DNA of 62,978 bases, the filler included, from Sphacelaria rigidula (lineage: Eukaryota), in the NCBI GenBank assembly GCA_964200075.2. It is 6 parts of 6 records of this genome, joined end to end, with 100 filler letters (N's around TTAATTAATTAA, not from the genome) between each part and the next. Parts side by side here need not be neighbours in the genome. Positions count along the whole stretch, not along the records: positions 42,054 to 52,466 come from CAXNAA020006537.1; positions 52,567 to 62,978 come from CAXNAA020006538.1; 4 more parts are not named here. The stretch is one strand, 5' to 3'. Numbering within the stretch: position 1 is the first letter of the stretch; each line of letters opens with the position of its first letter. The position numbers were made by a program, and so were the translations under genes. Of the stretch, positions 51,159-62,978 are shown piece by piece. The notes beneath the pieces are model-generated. The model was not told where the DNA came from and made no database searches. It saw only the letters and a program-made list of their open reading frames with translations.

Positions 51159-54100
51159 CGAGGAGGAGACATTGTGACCAAATTGGTTATCAAGCGAAGG
51201 AGTTACTCGTAGGCATCGCGGTGGGCAAGAGCCAGTTCGTAGTATGGTGTTATTGTCGTTCTAGAAGATCAAGGTTCACTAACTGCTCAGTTCCACGGCA
51301 GCGGTGTGTGTGATTGTCTGATGCCCAGGAGCCACATAGTACGGGCAACAATTGAAACCCGCCCCAGGGTAGTATGGCTCGAATCCAGTGAACAATGATC
51401 TCGTGTAGCTGAGTGAGCCCTTCTGTCCGTCGGGAATAGCGCTGTAAGGCAGAGACTGCCTGCCTAGACGTACGATCGCACGCTCGGCCTGTGTATGAGC
51501 AGCCATCCGAACGAGCCACTCAAGCAACGCCAGTGCAAGACATTCCAATCCGATTGTGTGTACTCTACTCTTGAGAGCGAATAGCTGTGGTTGTCATAAA
51601 ACTAGACACACTGTGTCATAGCACTCCAACGAGCTGGGGCTCGATGCTAGGGAACGGCACAGCGAATACGGCCAAGCACGGAACTGTATGTGCTCGAGCG
51701 CGCTCCGCCTGGGCACATTGACGTATGCTGGGTCCTCTGACGTCGGAAATGCATGTGATTCCAGCATGTTGATCATCTGCGGCGAGTGTACATGTATCAG
51801 AATGTAGCGTGGGTCCTGCACACTAACCACGGGGGCGAGGGGCGGTTTGGTCTACGTTGGCCCATCATACACTCAGCTTTATTCCCGTTGTCATCCCGTG
51901 ATGTCGGGTCGTGTTCAGTCTACCTCTCACCGGTGCAACACACAATATCCGGGGTGTGTCTGGCACATGCGGAGATGAATATCTCGTCTACCTCTGACCT
52001 CATCCATGCCACCCTCAGGGTGTACTCATGACCATGCATGCCATAGTCATAAGACCATTGACCTCGCATCCCTACAAAGCCGGGACTGAGCACGCCGGGG
52101 TTTCACCGGACCAGGCTCTAGGTAAATTCGGCGGGTACGATTTTCCAACAGCATTTATTTGCAATTTCGATTGCCGTTCGTTCCCATGAGAAACTCTCGT
52201 TCCTTGACTTTAGGATCCCCTGTTTTCTGTTGAGTTGAGATCATATTCACACCGGTGCAATCTTTAGGCGTATGGAACAGCGTACATCACTCCATGTTTT
52301 GGTGACATTTCTCTCCTCTATACTGAGGACTCTTTTCGGTAGTGCATAAAACAGCGTCATGGTCCCGCCCTTGGAGATGGTCTGCAGCAGGCGTGGTATA
52401 TTGGGATATGATCAGCGGCGGGGGAATGGGGGGGGGGGTGTACTCATGATCTTGGATGGCATAGTCNNNNNNNNNNNNNNNNNNNNNNNNNNNNNNNNNN
52501 NNNNNNNNNNTTAATTAATTAANNNNNNNNNNNNNNNNNNNNNNNNNNNNNNNNNNNNNNNNNNNNCCCCCCCCTCCTTCCCTCACGTCGTTTTGCCCTC
52601 ATCGACAGCTATTTTCCCTGTGGAGCATCGTGTTTATTTTTTTAACTCAGTTTATATTGAGAATGGGAACACCCGAAGAGTGTTCGTACGTGCTTTGGCG
52701 AGTTTCCAGTTTGTCCTTGTTTCTTGTGCTGAGAAAGTGGTGTGCACCATGTCGACTGAGTGGTTCTTCGGTTGAACGGTAATATCACGTGGGGGTAAAG
52801 CGAAGGAAATATACATGGGAGCGAAGTGCACCCTCTCTTGCCCCCTCTTATTTTCATGTTTTTCTTTGCGTGTGACGTCGGTTATCTGTCCCGTCATGAC
52901 TGGTTGCCCGCCGATAGTCCACATCCTGTTAACTTGCTGTGCTTGACATAACCGGCAGTAAAAAGTTATGACGGCTTCATTTTTTGCTGTTGTCCAACCC
53001 GTCTCCTCCGTTTCCCCTAGTCCAATGAGTGTGCTGTGAGTACAACTGGGTAATTTTGCTGTCGTCGCTGGTGGAAGTAAGGAGCTATTATGACACATGC
53101 AGCATCCATGAAACAGTATGCTCGGGTAATATTCGGATTGTTTTCATCACGGTTGTTCACATGCCTGATGCTACACGCATCTTTTTTACGTACCCATGCT
53201 GCTGGACCGGTTCAGCGATGGTCATGTGAGATGTTCGATGTTGCCATCTGGTTCAAGGATGGTCATATGAGACGTGTGCCTGGTTCAGTGGCGTGACATT
53301 TTCGTTTTTGCCGTCCTGTTTGAAAATGGTTTACGTGAGAATTGTCATGTGAGATTATTTTTGCCAGCATATCATGTGGGTCCCGAGCGGTCATGTGTAC
53401 TTCCGTACCGACCGGTTCGACTTTTTCCGATTATCGACGTTATTCCTATATTCCGATGGCGAGGACAGAATATTGAGGTGTCATTTTATTGACAAGGGCC
53501 ACCTCTTGATCGAATGACTCAAGAGCTGACCTAGGCGTGAAGTGCGAGTCTCGTGCTATTCGATGCACCTCTGTGTAGGCAGGATGATTTCGTGATCTAT
53601 CTGATGTTTTTCGAGCAGCCATTGTCTTCTGCGGCATGCGAAAATCGATGTTGCATCCTCAAACGACAGGCGACAGGAGAAACGCCGAACCTGCCGCAAA
53701 TCCTGAACTAAGCACAATCCCCTCAACTATTTTTTATACCGATTTCATTTTACCATGCGAATATCGCGCCACTAAATGTATTTCTTTGTTGGTGAGATGA
53801 TTTCGTGAATCATCCAATATCTTTTGAGCAGCTTTCGTCCCCTCCGACATGCGAAGGTCCAGGTTGAGCTTTCCAAGGGCAGATGCTCAGTATTTTCGAA
53901 GACTCATACTTTTAGTGCTCAAATTTTGAGTTGAGTATTTGAGATCATACCCAATCTACTCAAAATTTGAGTAGATTATTGAGGTCATACTCAAGTGATA
54001 CTCTATACTCAGGTATTACCGAGAGTGCTTACTCGATATGTAAGTAGAGTATTGGAGATCGTACCCGACCTACTCAAAATTTGAGTAGAGTATTTCCCTG

Positions 54101-54697
54101 ACGGGTCGATTCTCGGAGGCCTATCTCAGCCCACAGTGCGAAGCTCGCGCCACTTGATATTCTTCTGTGTGGGCAAGACTGTGAACTCTATCATGTCTTG
54201 TGAACAGCTATTGTTATCTACTTGGTTTACTGTTGTCAGCAAAGTTAGGAGGAGCATAAAACATGGGGTTTGTAGCCTCGCTCTGCCAGACGATCTGGAC
54301 TACACATTTCCCAAATTATAATGGCCGCGTGTGTGTGGAAACAAATACGGTAGTAGCAGTATATACTTCGTAGACTATATAATATAGTAGTTTACTCTCC
54401 CTTGACGCTGCGCTTTTAGGTCGTGCTACGTCGGTCGGTGAGCAGCGTGCCCATGGGACTGGCTCAGCCTCAACCAAACGATAGAAATAATGCACTCTCT
54501 GTTTGTTCCACATACTGTCCCACGTACACGGCGTTTGTGCCGTGGTACTATAGCTAAGCGTTTAAAGCATACATGTCGCGATCTTATTATCTTCACGATC
54601 CATTCCAGGTGGCTCGAGAATTGTACAACCGACTATGAATTCATAAAAGGCTATATATGTGGTGCTAGACCTCGCTGTCCAACGAGCTTTCGAGGTT

Positions 54698-54770
54698 GGG
54701 CTCGTAGGCTAATGGATAAGCCGCCTCCCTTCGAAGGAGGATATTGTCGGTTCGAGTCCGGCCGAGCTCG
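54698..54770 (+). tRNA. trnR-UCG: tRNA-Arg (anticodon UCG)
   Basis: 73-nt cloverleaf: acceptor GGGCTCG/CGAGCTC, D arm GGCT/AGCC, anticodon arm CCTCC-CTTCGAA-GGAGG (TCG at 54731-54733), T arm GTCGG-TTCGAGT-CCGGC. A T-run lies about 20 nt downstream. Confidence 0.95.
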
Positions 54771-55949
54771 TTGCCGTCGTGGACGCAAATCTTTTTGTGC
54801 TATTACACATGATTTTTTGGCAAGCTAACCTCGGCTGCTGCCAGTCTGCCAGTCTTTTTGGTCGGCATGTTTGACAACCTATCACAGCATGACTCATCGA
54901 TCTCGTTGGCCAGCGAGAATGAGCGGCAGAACTCGCCAAATATGATCTTGTAGGTCCATGACGTTCATGTTGTCGATTTCGGCATTTTTTTTCTCCTTTC
55001 TCCGGTTATTATACCAAAAATGTCAAAATATTGAATTTAATTCACGCATTTTTGAGGGAGAGTGCGGCACCAAAAACTGGTGTACCGAGGAGATCAAGGT
55101 CCAACGCCACAATATGATACGCCTCGGACGTCAGCGTTCAACAATTGTGATTTCCCCCTTTGAAATCTTATGATCAACCGATCCACGCCTGTCCCGGTAT
55201 CCACACCCGTGCTCGACGCCTGACAGCCACGATCCATCGCAGAACAAGCACCTTTTTCGGTAGGGTTGGTGGCCAGCTGCGTGGAAGTTTGTCATCAGTT
55301 AGTTTTTGAAAAAAAGTCAGATTGAAGTAACGCAGTTCTCCAAAGCAGACATTGAGGCCGATTGGGTTATAACACAAGGCCAAGCATATAATCAATCCAT
55401 AAGTTGAGTGAGAAGTACCGTCTGAGCTTTCAGCCATTGTATCGGGCGCAGTGTGTCTCAAAATAATCATGTGAATTGGGTGAGGGGTGCTATTTGCCGT
55501 TGATCGGGGACATCCTCCGCAATTATTCGGTAGTATGTATAATGCCTACTGTACTACTATATCTAGTCCACCTTTTACGTGGTTACAATAACCGACCGAC
55601 TGTCAGCTGTCGCACCGGGGAGACTGGGTGTGCCTTTGTGTGTGCAAGGCTGATTCGATCTAGCGATAGGCTCGCAGGTTGAGTCGCCCTTGAAAACTGC
55701 CCTTTAAGCTAACCAGATGAAGATCATCCACATGTCTACGCGTGCGAGACGCTGTGCAGGCGTTGAGGGTGATGGTGAGGTGGGCTCCTGTCGAGTAGAC
55801 TAGATGTAACATTGGTCCGTATATGTAGCGCTAGGATGTGACGCGCAGTGACAAACACGAAACCGTCAAAAATATGCCGATCTCGACCAAATATTCTCCC
55901 CGCATTTTTTGCCGCTGGACCTGCAAACATCAAAGCAGCCAAGTCGGGA

Positions 55950-58900
55950 ATGGGGAAAGGAAGTAGGCCAGCATGGACTCCTCCTTCTTCTGCATGGGAT
56001 TGCCGGTATCGAGGAAGACGAAGGAAAAGAGAGCGGGGACGAGTCTTACTGCGATTCCAGGGTCGGTGTGCTCGGTTTAGGAGGTTTACGTATGTTCTGG
56101 CTGCGGGGGCAGTTGCGGCGGCGTTATTGCGATTTTGCCTGACCCCCGGGGTGAGTTGGTTGTGGTGGTCAGGATGCGGCAGCAACAACGACAACGCTGC
56201 CCTTAGAGTGACAGTACCAGGAGAAGAAAATGGAGCTCCCGCTGTGTCAGTAGTAGCAGAAGGAAAAGCGATAGAAGAAGCAGGACGTGATGGCAACGAT
56301 GATAGTACAGTTTTGTTGCTGCAACAGTCGGCGGCGTTCTTGGATCGTAGGCTTAGTGGGAGCGCGTCGTGCGATACACACCACCTTGGGCAAGGCGGGA
56401 TTGGACAGGCGCTGCTGCTCATCGTTGGCATACTGTTCACGTTTAACGGGCTAGCCATCGTCTGCGACGAGTTTTTCCAGGCATCACTGGAGAAGATTTC
56501 AGATGTGAGTGCCGATGTGTTCGTCGAGGACACAAATCTCTTCTGCGTGTTTACATCTCGTTGCGGTTTTGATGTGTCAACAGTTTGAACTAACTGCCCG
56601 TCTGCACCGACGAAACTCGTGTCAAACGAGTGTGCACGAAAGAACGTCGTCCGATCGCAATGCACAGGAGACAAACCACAGCCATTGATGCGATCTGTGG
56701 CTGCTATATCGCTCGCCCATTTCCCGTGTTACTCAAGGGCAAGTTTGTATTTTTTCCGATCATGTTGGCACAAACTCGAGTGCTTCTTAGTTCCCGCTTC
56801 AACTCTGGTGTTGCACGGAACCCAGCACATTACAGTGCCTCCAAGTGAGAAATGAAGTAAGAGGGTACAGTAGTAACCTTCACCACGTGAATGTCAACTA
56901 TCGCCCGAGGGAGGGGGGGGGACTGAAATACACCATCCAATTCTGTCAAATGAAGACCAGCGCTTGCACTATCTAGCGAGGTCAAAAATACTGTGTAGGA
57001 AGAAGAAAAAATCCGCTAGGTTCGATCCCTGCTGGGGGTCCTTGGCGGTAAACATGTAATAACGTCGCCACCCCCGATTTCCAAGACTATAGTGAGTGTA
57101 CCTACGGACAGCTGGCAAACTTGGTCGTCTCCCAAAATCTCGCTCGACCAAGAAAGCAAGAAATGTTACCACGGGGATTCGAACTCAGTTTTCTTTCGTT
57201 AGCCAGAAAAAAATGACCCAATGGATAACTCCGCCGGGGCCGACTTGGAGGTTTAATGACTATATTTTCCCTCGCCAACGCCAGAGGACTAAGTGGTATA
57301 GTTGGCAATGCCTTCGAACGAACGAAACAGGGCTAGATTTGAAAGCTGGTCGTGAAGTTCCTTTCTGTGCCCAACGAAGCGTCCGGTAGGCAATGAAGAC
57401 GCTTGTTGGTTCAGGCCTTGGATACTAGTTACGAGTACTCGCGAGGAACAACAAACTGAGGACCTCGGGCTTGCAGCCGGAGGGCATTCGAACAACCTAC
57501 CTAGTTCACCACTCGGTCAGAGGTGACGAAGTGGTATATTTTATCACGAAGTGGTCTAGGTGATAGTTCCTTCTAACGTAAGAAGAAAATGGTTTTGCGC
57601 TCAACTGAACTCGGCCGCGACCCCACGGCATTTGATCCGCTGACCCCTCGCGACGGCCTGAACCAGCTCACTTCTTTAATTGTCCCGGAAAAATCCTTCG
57701 GCCAAGAGAGAGATCCCTCAAGCAAGAGGGTTTTATAATCGGTACTTCTTTTGTTCCTTTGGGAAAACTACCACTTAACCACTTAGTTAGACCAAGTGCG
57801 GTATGCGTGGGCACGAGACTCGTGATTCACCGCGTTCATCGTTGGCTGCAGCAATTGTTCACTCACATATTTTCTCAATTCTTAAATTCATCAACTGTCG
57901 TAAAAACAAGTGTTGGCCGCAGCTGCTACGATCCCTGCTTGTAAATACGAAGGATTCCCGGCAGAAAATCGGTGAAATGGTATCTATCGATGACGATCGT
58001 GCGTGATCATCGCCCCCGAAACCTCAAACGACTACCGCTTGACTGCCCCTGCGTTGTCTCCCAATATTTATTACTAATCTAATATATTTTCAATACTTGA
58101 TGCAATAGGTGCTTGAGCTCACACCGGATGTGGCTGGGGCGACATTTCTAGCAGCGGGGTCTTCTGCGCCGGAGCTATTCACGTCCTTTGCCGATGTCTT
58201 TGGTCCGTCTAATTCTATTGGTGTTGGAACCATTGTAGGGTGAGTAGGGAGGAATCGTACGACGATAGACGAGGTATGTCAACACGGGGTACGGTCTTGA
58301 TTTTTATTCGCACCCGTTCAAATGGGGACATCCCACGGACACACTGTGACCAATCTCGCCCCCTTTATCGTTGGATTACTCAGAGTTCGAAGTTCGACGA
58401 TGCGAGGCCATGATGTTGCTTGCAAGGCGATGCACGCAACGTTGCAGGCTGCGGAGCAGCTGTATACCTATACTTTACTCGACAAAACCACAAATCACAC
58501 GTCGAAGAAGGATATCAGCGATTTCAGACAACCGTTACAGGCATGCACACCTCCGAGTACGATAATATGTCCACGCCATTTACCGCAATCGTTGCTGTCG
58601 TCGACAGTTCTGCCATGTTCAACATGCTGGTCATCGTGGCCGTGTCGGCCGCGGTAGCAACGAGATCTGGCAACTCTCTCAAGATCGACCGTCGCGTGGT
58701 GGCGCGTGATGTCTCTTTCTATACTGCGAGCATAGCCATTCTTGTCCTAGCATTCAACGATGGCGAGGTCCGATGGTGGGAGGTATGTTCCCCGTTCATT
58801 ATCGACGCTGTCGTGTCTATTGTCCTGGGCTTGGCCAGTGTAGTATAACCTGAAATCTGAGGGGCATGGTGTATTAGCGCGGTACATGATGTAATTTCTT

Positions 58901-61900
58901 GGCAACGTGCAGGTACGGATATCGTGACCAGCCCAAACAGCTTCCACCTTGTGTATGAAGAGAGCTCCTCCGAAAATGAATGTGAACATGGACATGAGGT
59001 TCAACTCCAAAACAGTGCTTTCCCCGACCCAAAGTCATCACAAATGACATTCATATGGACGACCTCATGCCCCCTGACCTCCCTGAACGTATTTTTGGGA
59101 GTGTCCCGTCTTCTGTTCCCTCAAAAGGTATGTGCGAAAGGACCTTTTTGCCTGGATTTCGGGGTGAAAAAGGGGATGCTTCTAATCCCGAAAATGATGA
59201 TTTCTCACGTACCTTTAGGGGGAACGGAGAACGGGGAAATCCCAAAAATAAATTCAGGGAGGTCAGGGGGCATGTGGTCGTCCATGTGAATATCGTTTGT
59301 GTTGACTCGAGGTCAGGGAAATCGCTGTTGTGGAGTTGAACCTCATGTTGATATCCGACCACATTTTCGAGGAGGCTCTCGTCATTCGTGGCAAACGGCG
59401 CGCGGGCTGTGTTCGTAGTGCGAGGTGTCAATGTCGACGACGTAATGATCACAGCCAACCAATGGAGTACAACAAGTAATGTTCGATCGGAAGGACAGTA
59501 ATTTCGCCGTCGTTACTTGGAGTTTTTCTATAATGCAGTACGTGGACAAATCCCTGATGTTATATTTATATACACTCAGTCGACGAGTGAGTAGCCCTTG
59601 GGTTACGGAGATATCCTATGCTTCATGCCACGTGTATCAAACCAAATCAGTCATTGAGTACTATTTACAGTTCAACCTTGGCGGCCTTCCTTGCTGCTCC
59701 GCAGGGGCTGATCATGGTTCTGGGGTACAGCACTTACATTGTGTTCATGAAGTTTAACAGCAAGCTGCTGGCAATGTGCAGCGCGCAGAAGGTGAGTAAC
59801 ACGTCTCCGAAAAACGCGCGTGCTGTTTGTTGCCCTGATATGTTCAAGGGTTCGACGAATAATGATTCGTCTGAAAATTACTTGATTCTAGTGTAATTGA
59901 TTCGTACCGCATGAGTCAATCCTTTGGCTTTGTTTTCAATGTTGCGCCCTAGGTACGCGCACTCCCGGCACGTAGAATCGTAATAGTAGCACAAAATTTG
60001 CTTCGAAGCTCCTTCGACCCGCGGTCAACTTTTCTCCCTCTTTCGAACGATCAGGCCTCACCAACCGTAAATTTTGTTATTCGAATCAGCAACGATTTTT
60101 CCGATCCTTGGATACGATGGCTATCAGGAGGTATTCCACTTCGTTGGGATGTAGATAGATGTGGTAACTGCTCACCGTCGAACCGCTATCTGCAAAATCC
60201 AGAAATCGTTACAGGTGGTGTTTCACCCGTACATGCTTTTGCAGCCGGGTGGGTGGCCCGCCCCTACCAACACACCATTGAGTTTGACCAGCACAAACGA
60301 CTTAGGGCCAACGTTTAGCTACCGGGAGCATTTCACAATACTGTGAGCGGCTGTTTGCTTTATATTTCGAAGAATTGGGTAGGTTACTACCAACTGATTT
60401 TTCCCTCATGATTACTTTACGCTGTACTCTATCTCTCCCAACAGGTTCTGCCAACAGCTACTGATGAAGAGCGAGGTTCGACTCTAGACTTGAAGGTAGA
60501 GGTGAGGGACCACCTACTCTTTAGCACACGTAGGCGAAGAGAGTGCTGCTGTTTTGTGTTGTGTACTACCGGCAACCTTTGAGTGTCACGTTCACTGCTC
60601 TCAACTTTGTACAGGTGTGCAGAGAAGTCGCGCTCGGCCGAATATGTCCCATGGCTTTCTGCATACAAGTGCCTCGCAACTCGAGACTGGGTATAAAAAA
60701 TACCAATTCCACGATTCAATGCAGTAAAGTACTTCATGTAAATAAATAGATAAAACGGAACATGAGTGAAAACAAAAGTAATAAAATTCAACTTCTAAGA
60801 ATTTGTTATCAAGTAAATTCGCGAAACAGTTATGTAACTTTTCGCTAAAAGAAAAAAAAAGTGAATCATTTAAAAGTTAAGAAAAAAAAATGGTCATGCT
60901 CTCATGTTATGGACGTGATATCAGCTAGTACTTGGTGATTGATACCCGAACGTGAACAGACGTTACGTCTGTCCCTCCGAATCGACGCCCGCGCAACGTC
61001 TCTTTATGCAGAGAAGAAATAGTACCGGTGCAATAGTCACTGCTGAGGGGAGCGGCAATGACAGCATTCGGCGGCGGGCGTCAAACCAGGAATCAGTGGC
61101 ATCGGCACCGCTTGTCAGTGTTGATCGAGGGGCAGATGCAGGAGAGATGGATGGGGACGGACGGGAGAGTCGGAGCAACTCGTATGCTCGAAGCAGGAGG
61201 GTCTCGCGTGCACTACGAGTTTCGCTGCGTGCGGTGAGCTCTCTGGCAGTGACGTCCATAAGGACACAACAAGTAGTCATCACCCTAGAAGCACCTGAGT
61301 CGCCTTATCCGATGCTCACGTGTGAGTTTTTCGCGTCTCAACGCAGCTCTAGTGCGCTTTTATCACGTGTGGCTTTCTGAGCGTCAAGATGGCTTCAGCA
61401 CACGAAAGGTTTGGCCGAGCAGCATGCATACCGAGGTCAAGACTTTGCTTCAAGCGACAGCCGTGCGTGGCGTAACTCACGTCTGTGAAAGTATGAATTC
61501 TCGGGCGTTGTTATGGTCAAAAACGCTCTGATTTCGTAGCAGAAGGCGTGTATGTCTACGACTTGCCATGTAAGCCGTTCTACTTCAGTTGTGAACAACC
61601 GCTTTGCTTGCCCGTCTAGACAAGCCGACCACGACAGATGCAGCTCGCCGCTCGCTCTCTGGATTGCGTCTTGTATGGAAAATATAACGTTCTACCCCGT
61701 CTATTGTGCCAGTATTCCGCCGGTAATACCAGTACGAGGTCCGAAACTGCCTCGTAGGGCCCGAACGGCGGCTATGTTCACTCGTAAGCGCCGGATTCAC
61801 AAAAGCCCAGGAGGAGATCGCGGTCCCTTTGTAGTGCCCGCACCTTCAGCGTGCGTGCACGACGTCCACCTTACTATCCAACCACCATTGCCTGAACTGT

Positions 61901-62100
61901 CCCGGGCGCTCACACCCAACAACAAACCGTGGTCCTCACCCACGCGTACGCGTAAACTGTAGTCGCAAGGAGGATCGGCGCGAGGGACGAATGGGTGCGG
62001 TGCTGAGGGAGACGCCTTGAGCGTAACTGCAGCTGCCGGCGAAGCAGCAGCAGCAGCCGTAGATGAGGCTGCCAGGCGACGACGAAGCGCATCAAGAGCG
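55950..62100 (+). CDS. NCKX: K+-dependent Na+/Ca2+ exchanger (NCKX/SLC24 family), 3'-partial
   Basis: Exons 55950-56504 ([18 protein letters not shown]), 58109-58239 ([27 protein letters not shown], alpha-1 repeat), 58608-58782 (SAMFNML..RDVSFY), 59705-59791, 60445-60501 and 61012-61321, plus a tentative loop exon ~61963-62100. The start codon is inferred. Confidence 0.92.
57000..57245 (-). mobile_element. tRNA-derived SINE-like relic in an NCKX intron
   Basis: Minus-strand B-box GAGTTCGAATCCC (about 57174-57187) with a degenerate A-box and no cloverleaf. A similar B-box relic lies at about 10190-10260. Confidence 0.4.
58955..59385. mobile_element. Foldback/MITE with about 190-bp imperfect inverted arms in an NCKX intron
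   Basis: For example CATGAGGTTCAACTCCA / TGGAGTTGAACCTCATG and ATGCCCCCTGACCTCCCTGAA / TTCAGGGAGGTCAGGGGGCAT pair across a short central spacer. Confidence 0.85.
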
Positions 62101-62978
62101 GTACGTTAGTTTCGCTGGGTGCCCGCCATAAGCAACGTGCCAAACAGTGGAGCCAGTACCATGTCCTACACGCGAGAGTATGTGAGCAGGTCGATAGGAG
62201 ACGTGAGTCAAGTATTCACGTAGTCGGAGTCCGTTCGAAGTTTCATTTTTCCGAGAATTCGAAAGGAATCGCGCTCCGCGCAGGCATTCATGTCTGACAA
62301 CTGTCCGTTCGAATCTTTATGCGCCCTCGTTGTTGCCAAGGGTTGAACCTACGGTAGTGGGGGTGGGGGTGCGATTGCTCGGGACAAATGAGTTCGTGGC
62401 TGTGCTTTACCTTACGACTGATCACAGATACAATTATGGATCTTTATGTTGCCAAGCAGTGTGAATGCGCTTGACGTGTTAACACGAGGAGCATTCAAGT
62501 GTCTTGTTTTCGCTTGCAATGACGCCTCCAAAAGGCTTGTTCGCGCAAGAGGTTACTCATTCTCTCCCCCCCACCCCCCACCCCAGCCTGGTCCGGCGAG
62601 AACCCGGCGTGCTCCGTCCCGGCTTTGTAGGGGCGGACTCTCGATAGGGTTGGCGTCGGTTGGCGACAGCGCTATAAAACACGCCACTCACTGAGTAAGC
62701 TAGGCATTCAGGTGACTGATTTCTTTTGCGCGCTTGTGTTTTTTTGCGATAGCCATGACGGCAGTCGAGCTAGATCATATTGTGCGGCGTTGGAGAACCT
62801 CAACTCCGCACAATGGGGATGATCGTACTACGTAGTGTTTATATGGTGATACACCCATGGGTCAGTGTATAAGATGTGGCTGTCCCTGGAAGTGGCGATA
62901 CCAAAAATAAAACAACTCATTGGAGGCTGCCATCCAAATGCAAGATAATCAGTAGGCCTCGGGCCGAACAATCTTAGC

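Noticed and set aside
29200..54770. DNMT2 plus tRNA plus transposons as a linked silencing system
   Set aside because: They lie on different artificially joined fragments, and the tRNA is Arg rather than a canonical DNMT2 substrate.
55736..56674. 312-aa minus-strand ORF
   Set aside because: Antisense shadow of NCKX exon 1.

Overview
This is eukaryotic, intron-rich, repeat-rich DNA; the GT-AG introns, (CCCTAA)n tracts and gene content suggest a brown alga or other stramenopile (inference). The window is not one natural locus: six fragments of about 10,413 bp are joined by identical 100-bp N/TTAATTAATTAA spacers, so adjacency across spacers is unsupported. Fragment 1 holds a complete but decayed 6.67-kb hAT transposon (17-bp TIRs, 8-bp TSD, spliced transposase). 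Fragment 2 holds a large spliced DUF3638/DUF3645 P-loop NTPase gene. Fragment 3 holds the 3' parts of an MFS transporter and a DNMT2-like methyltransferase (TFT in place of the canonical CFT motif), plus a non-autonomous TIR family with 8-bp TSDs. Fragment 4 holds two divergent Ty3/Gypsy relics. Fragment 5 holds an LRR gene preceded by a pre-miRNA-like hairpin. Fragment 6 holds tRNA-Arg(UCG) and the 5' part of an NCKX exchanger. MITEs, SINE-like elements and a short G/C-tract-associated repeat are scattered throughout. I found no CRISPR array, Fanzor/TnpB or other clearly new multi-gene system. The best leads are the DUF3638 NTPase, the DNMT2 motif change, two long hairpins and several small mobile families.
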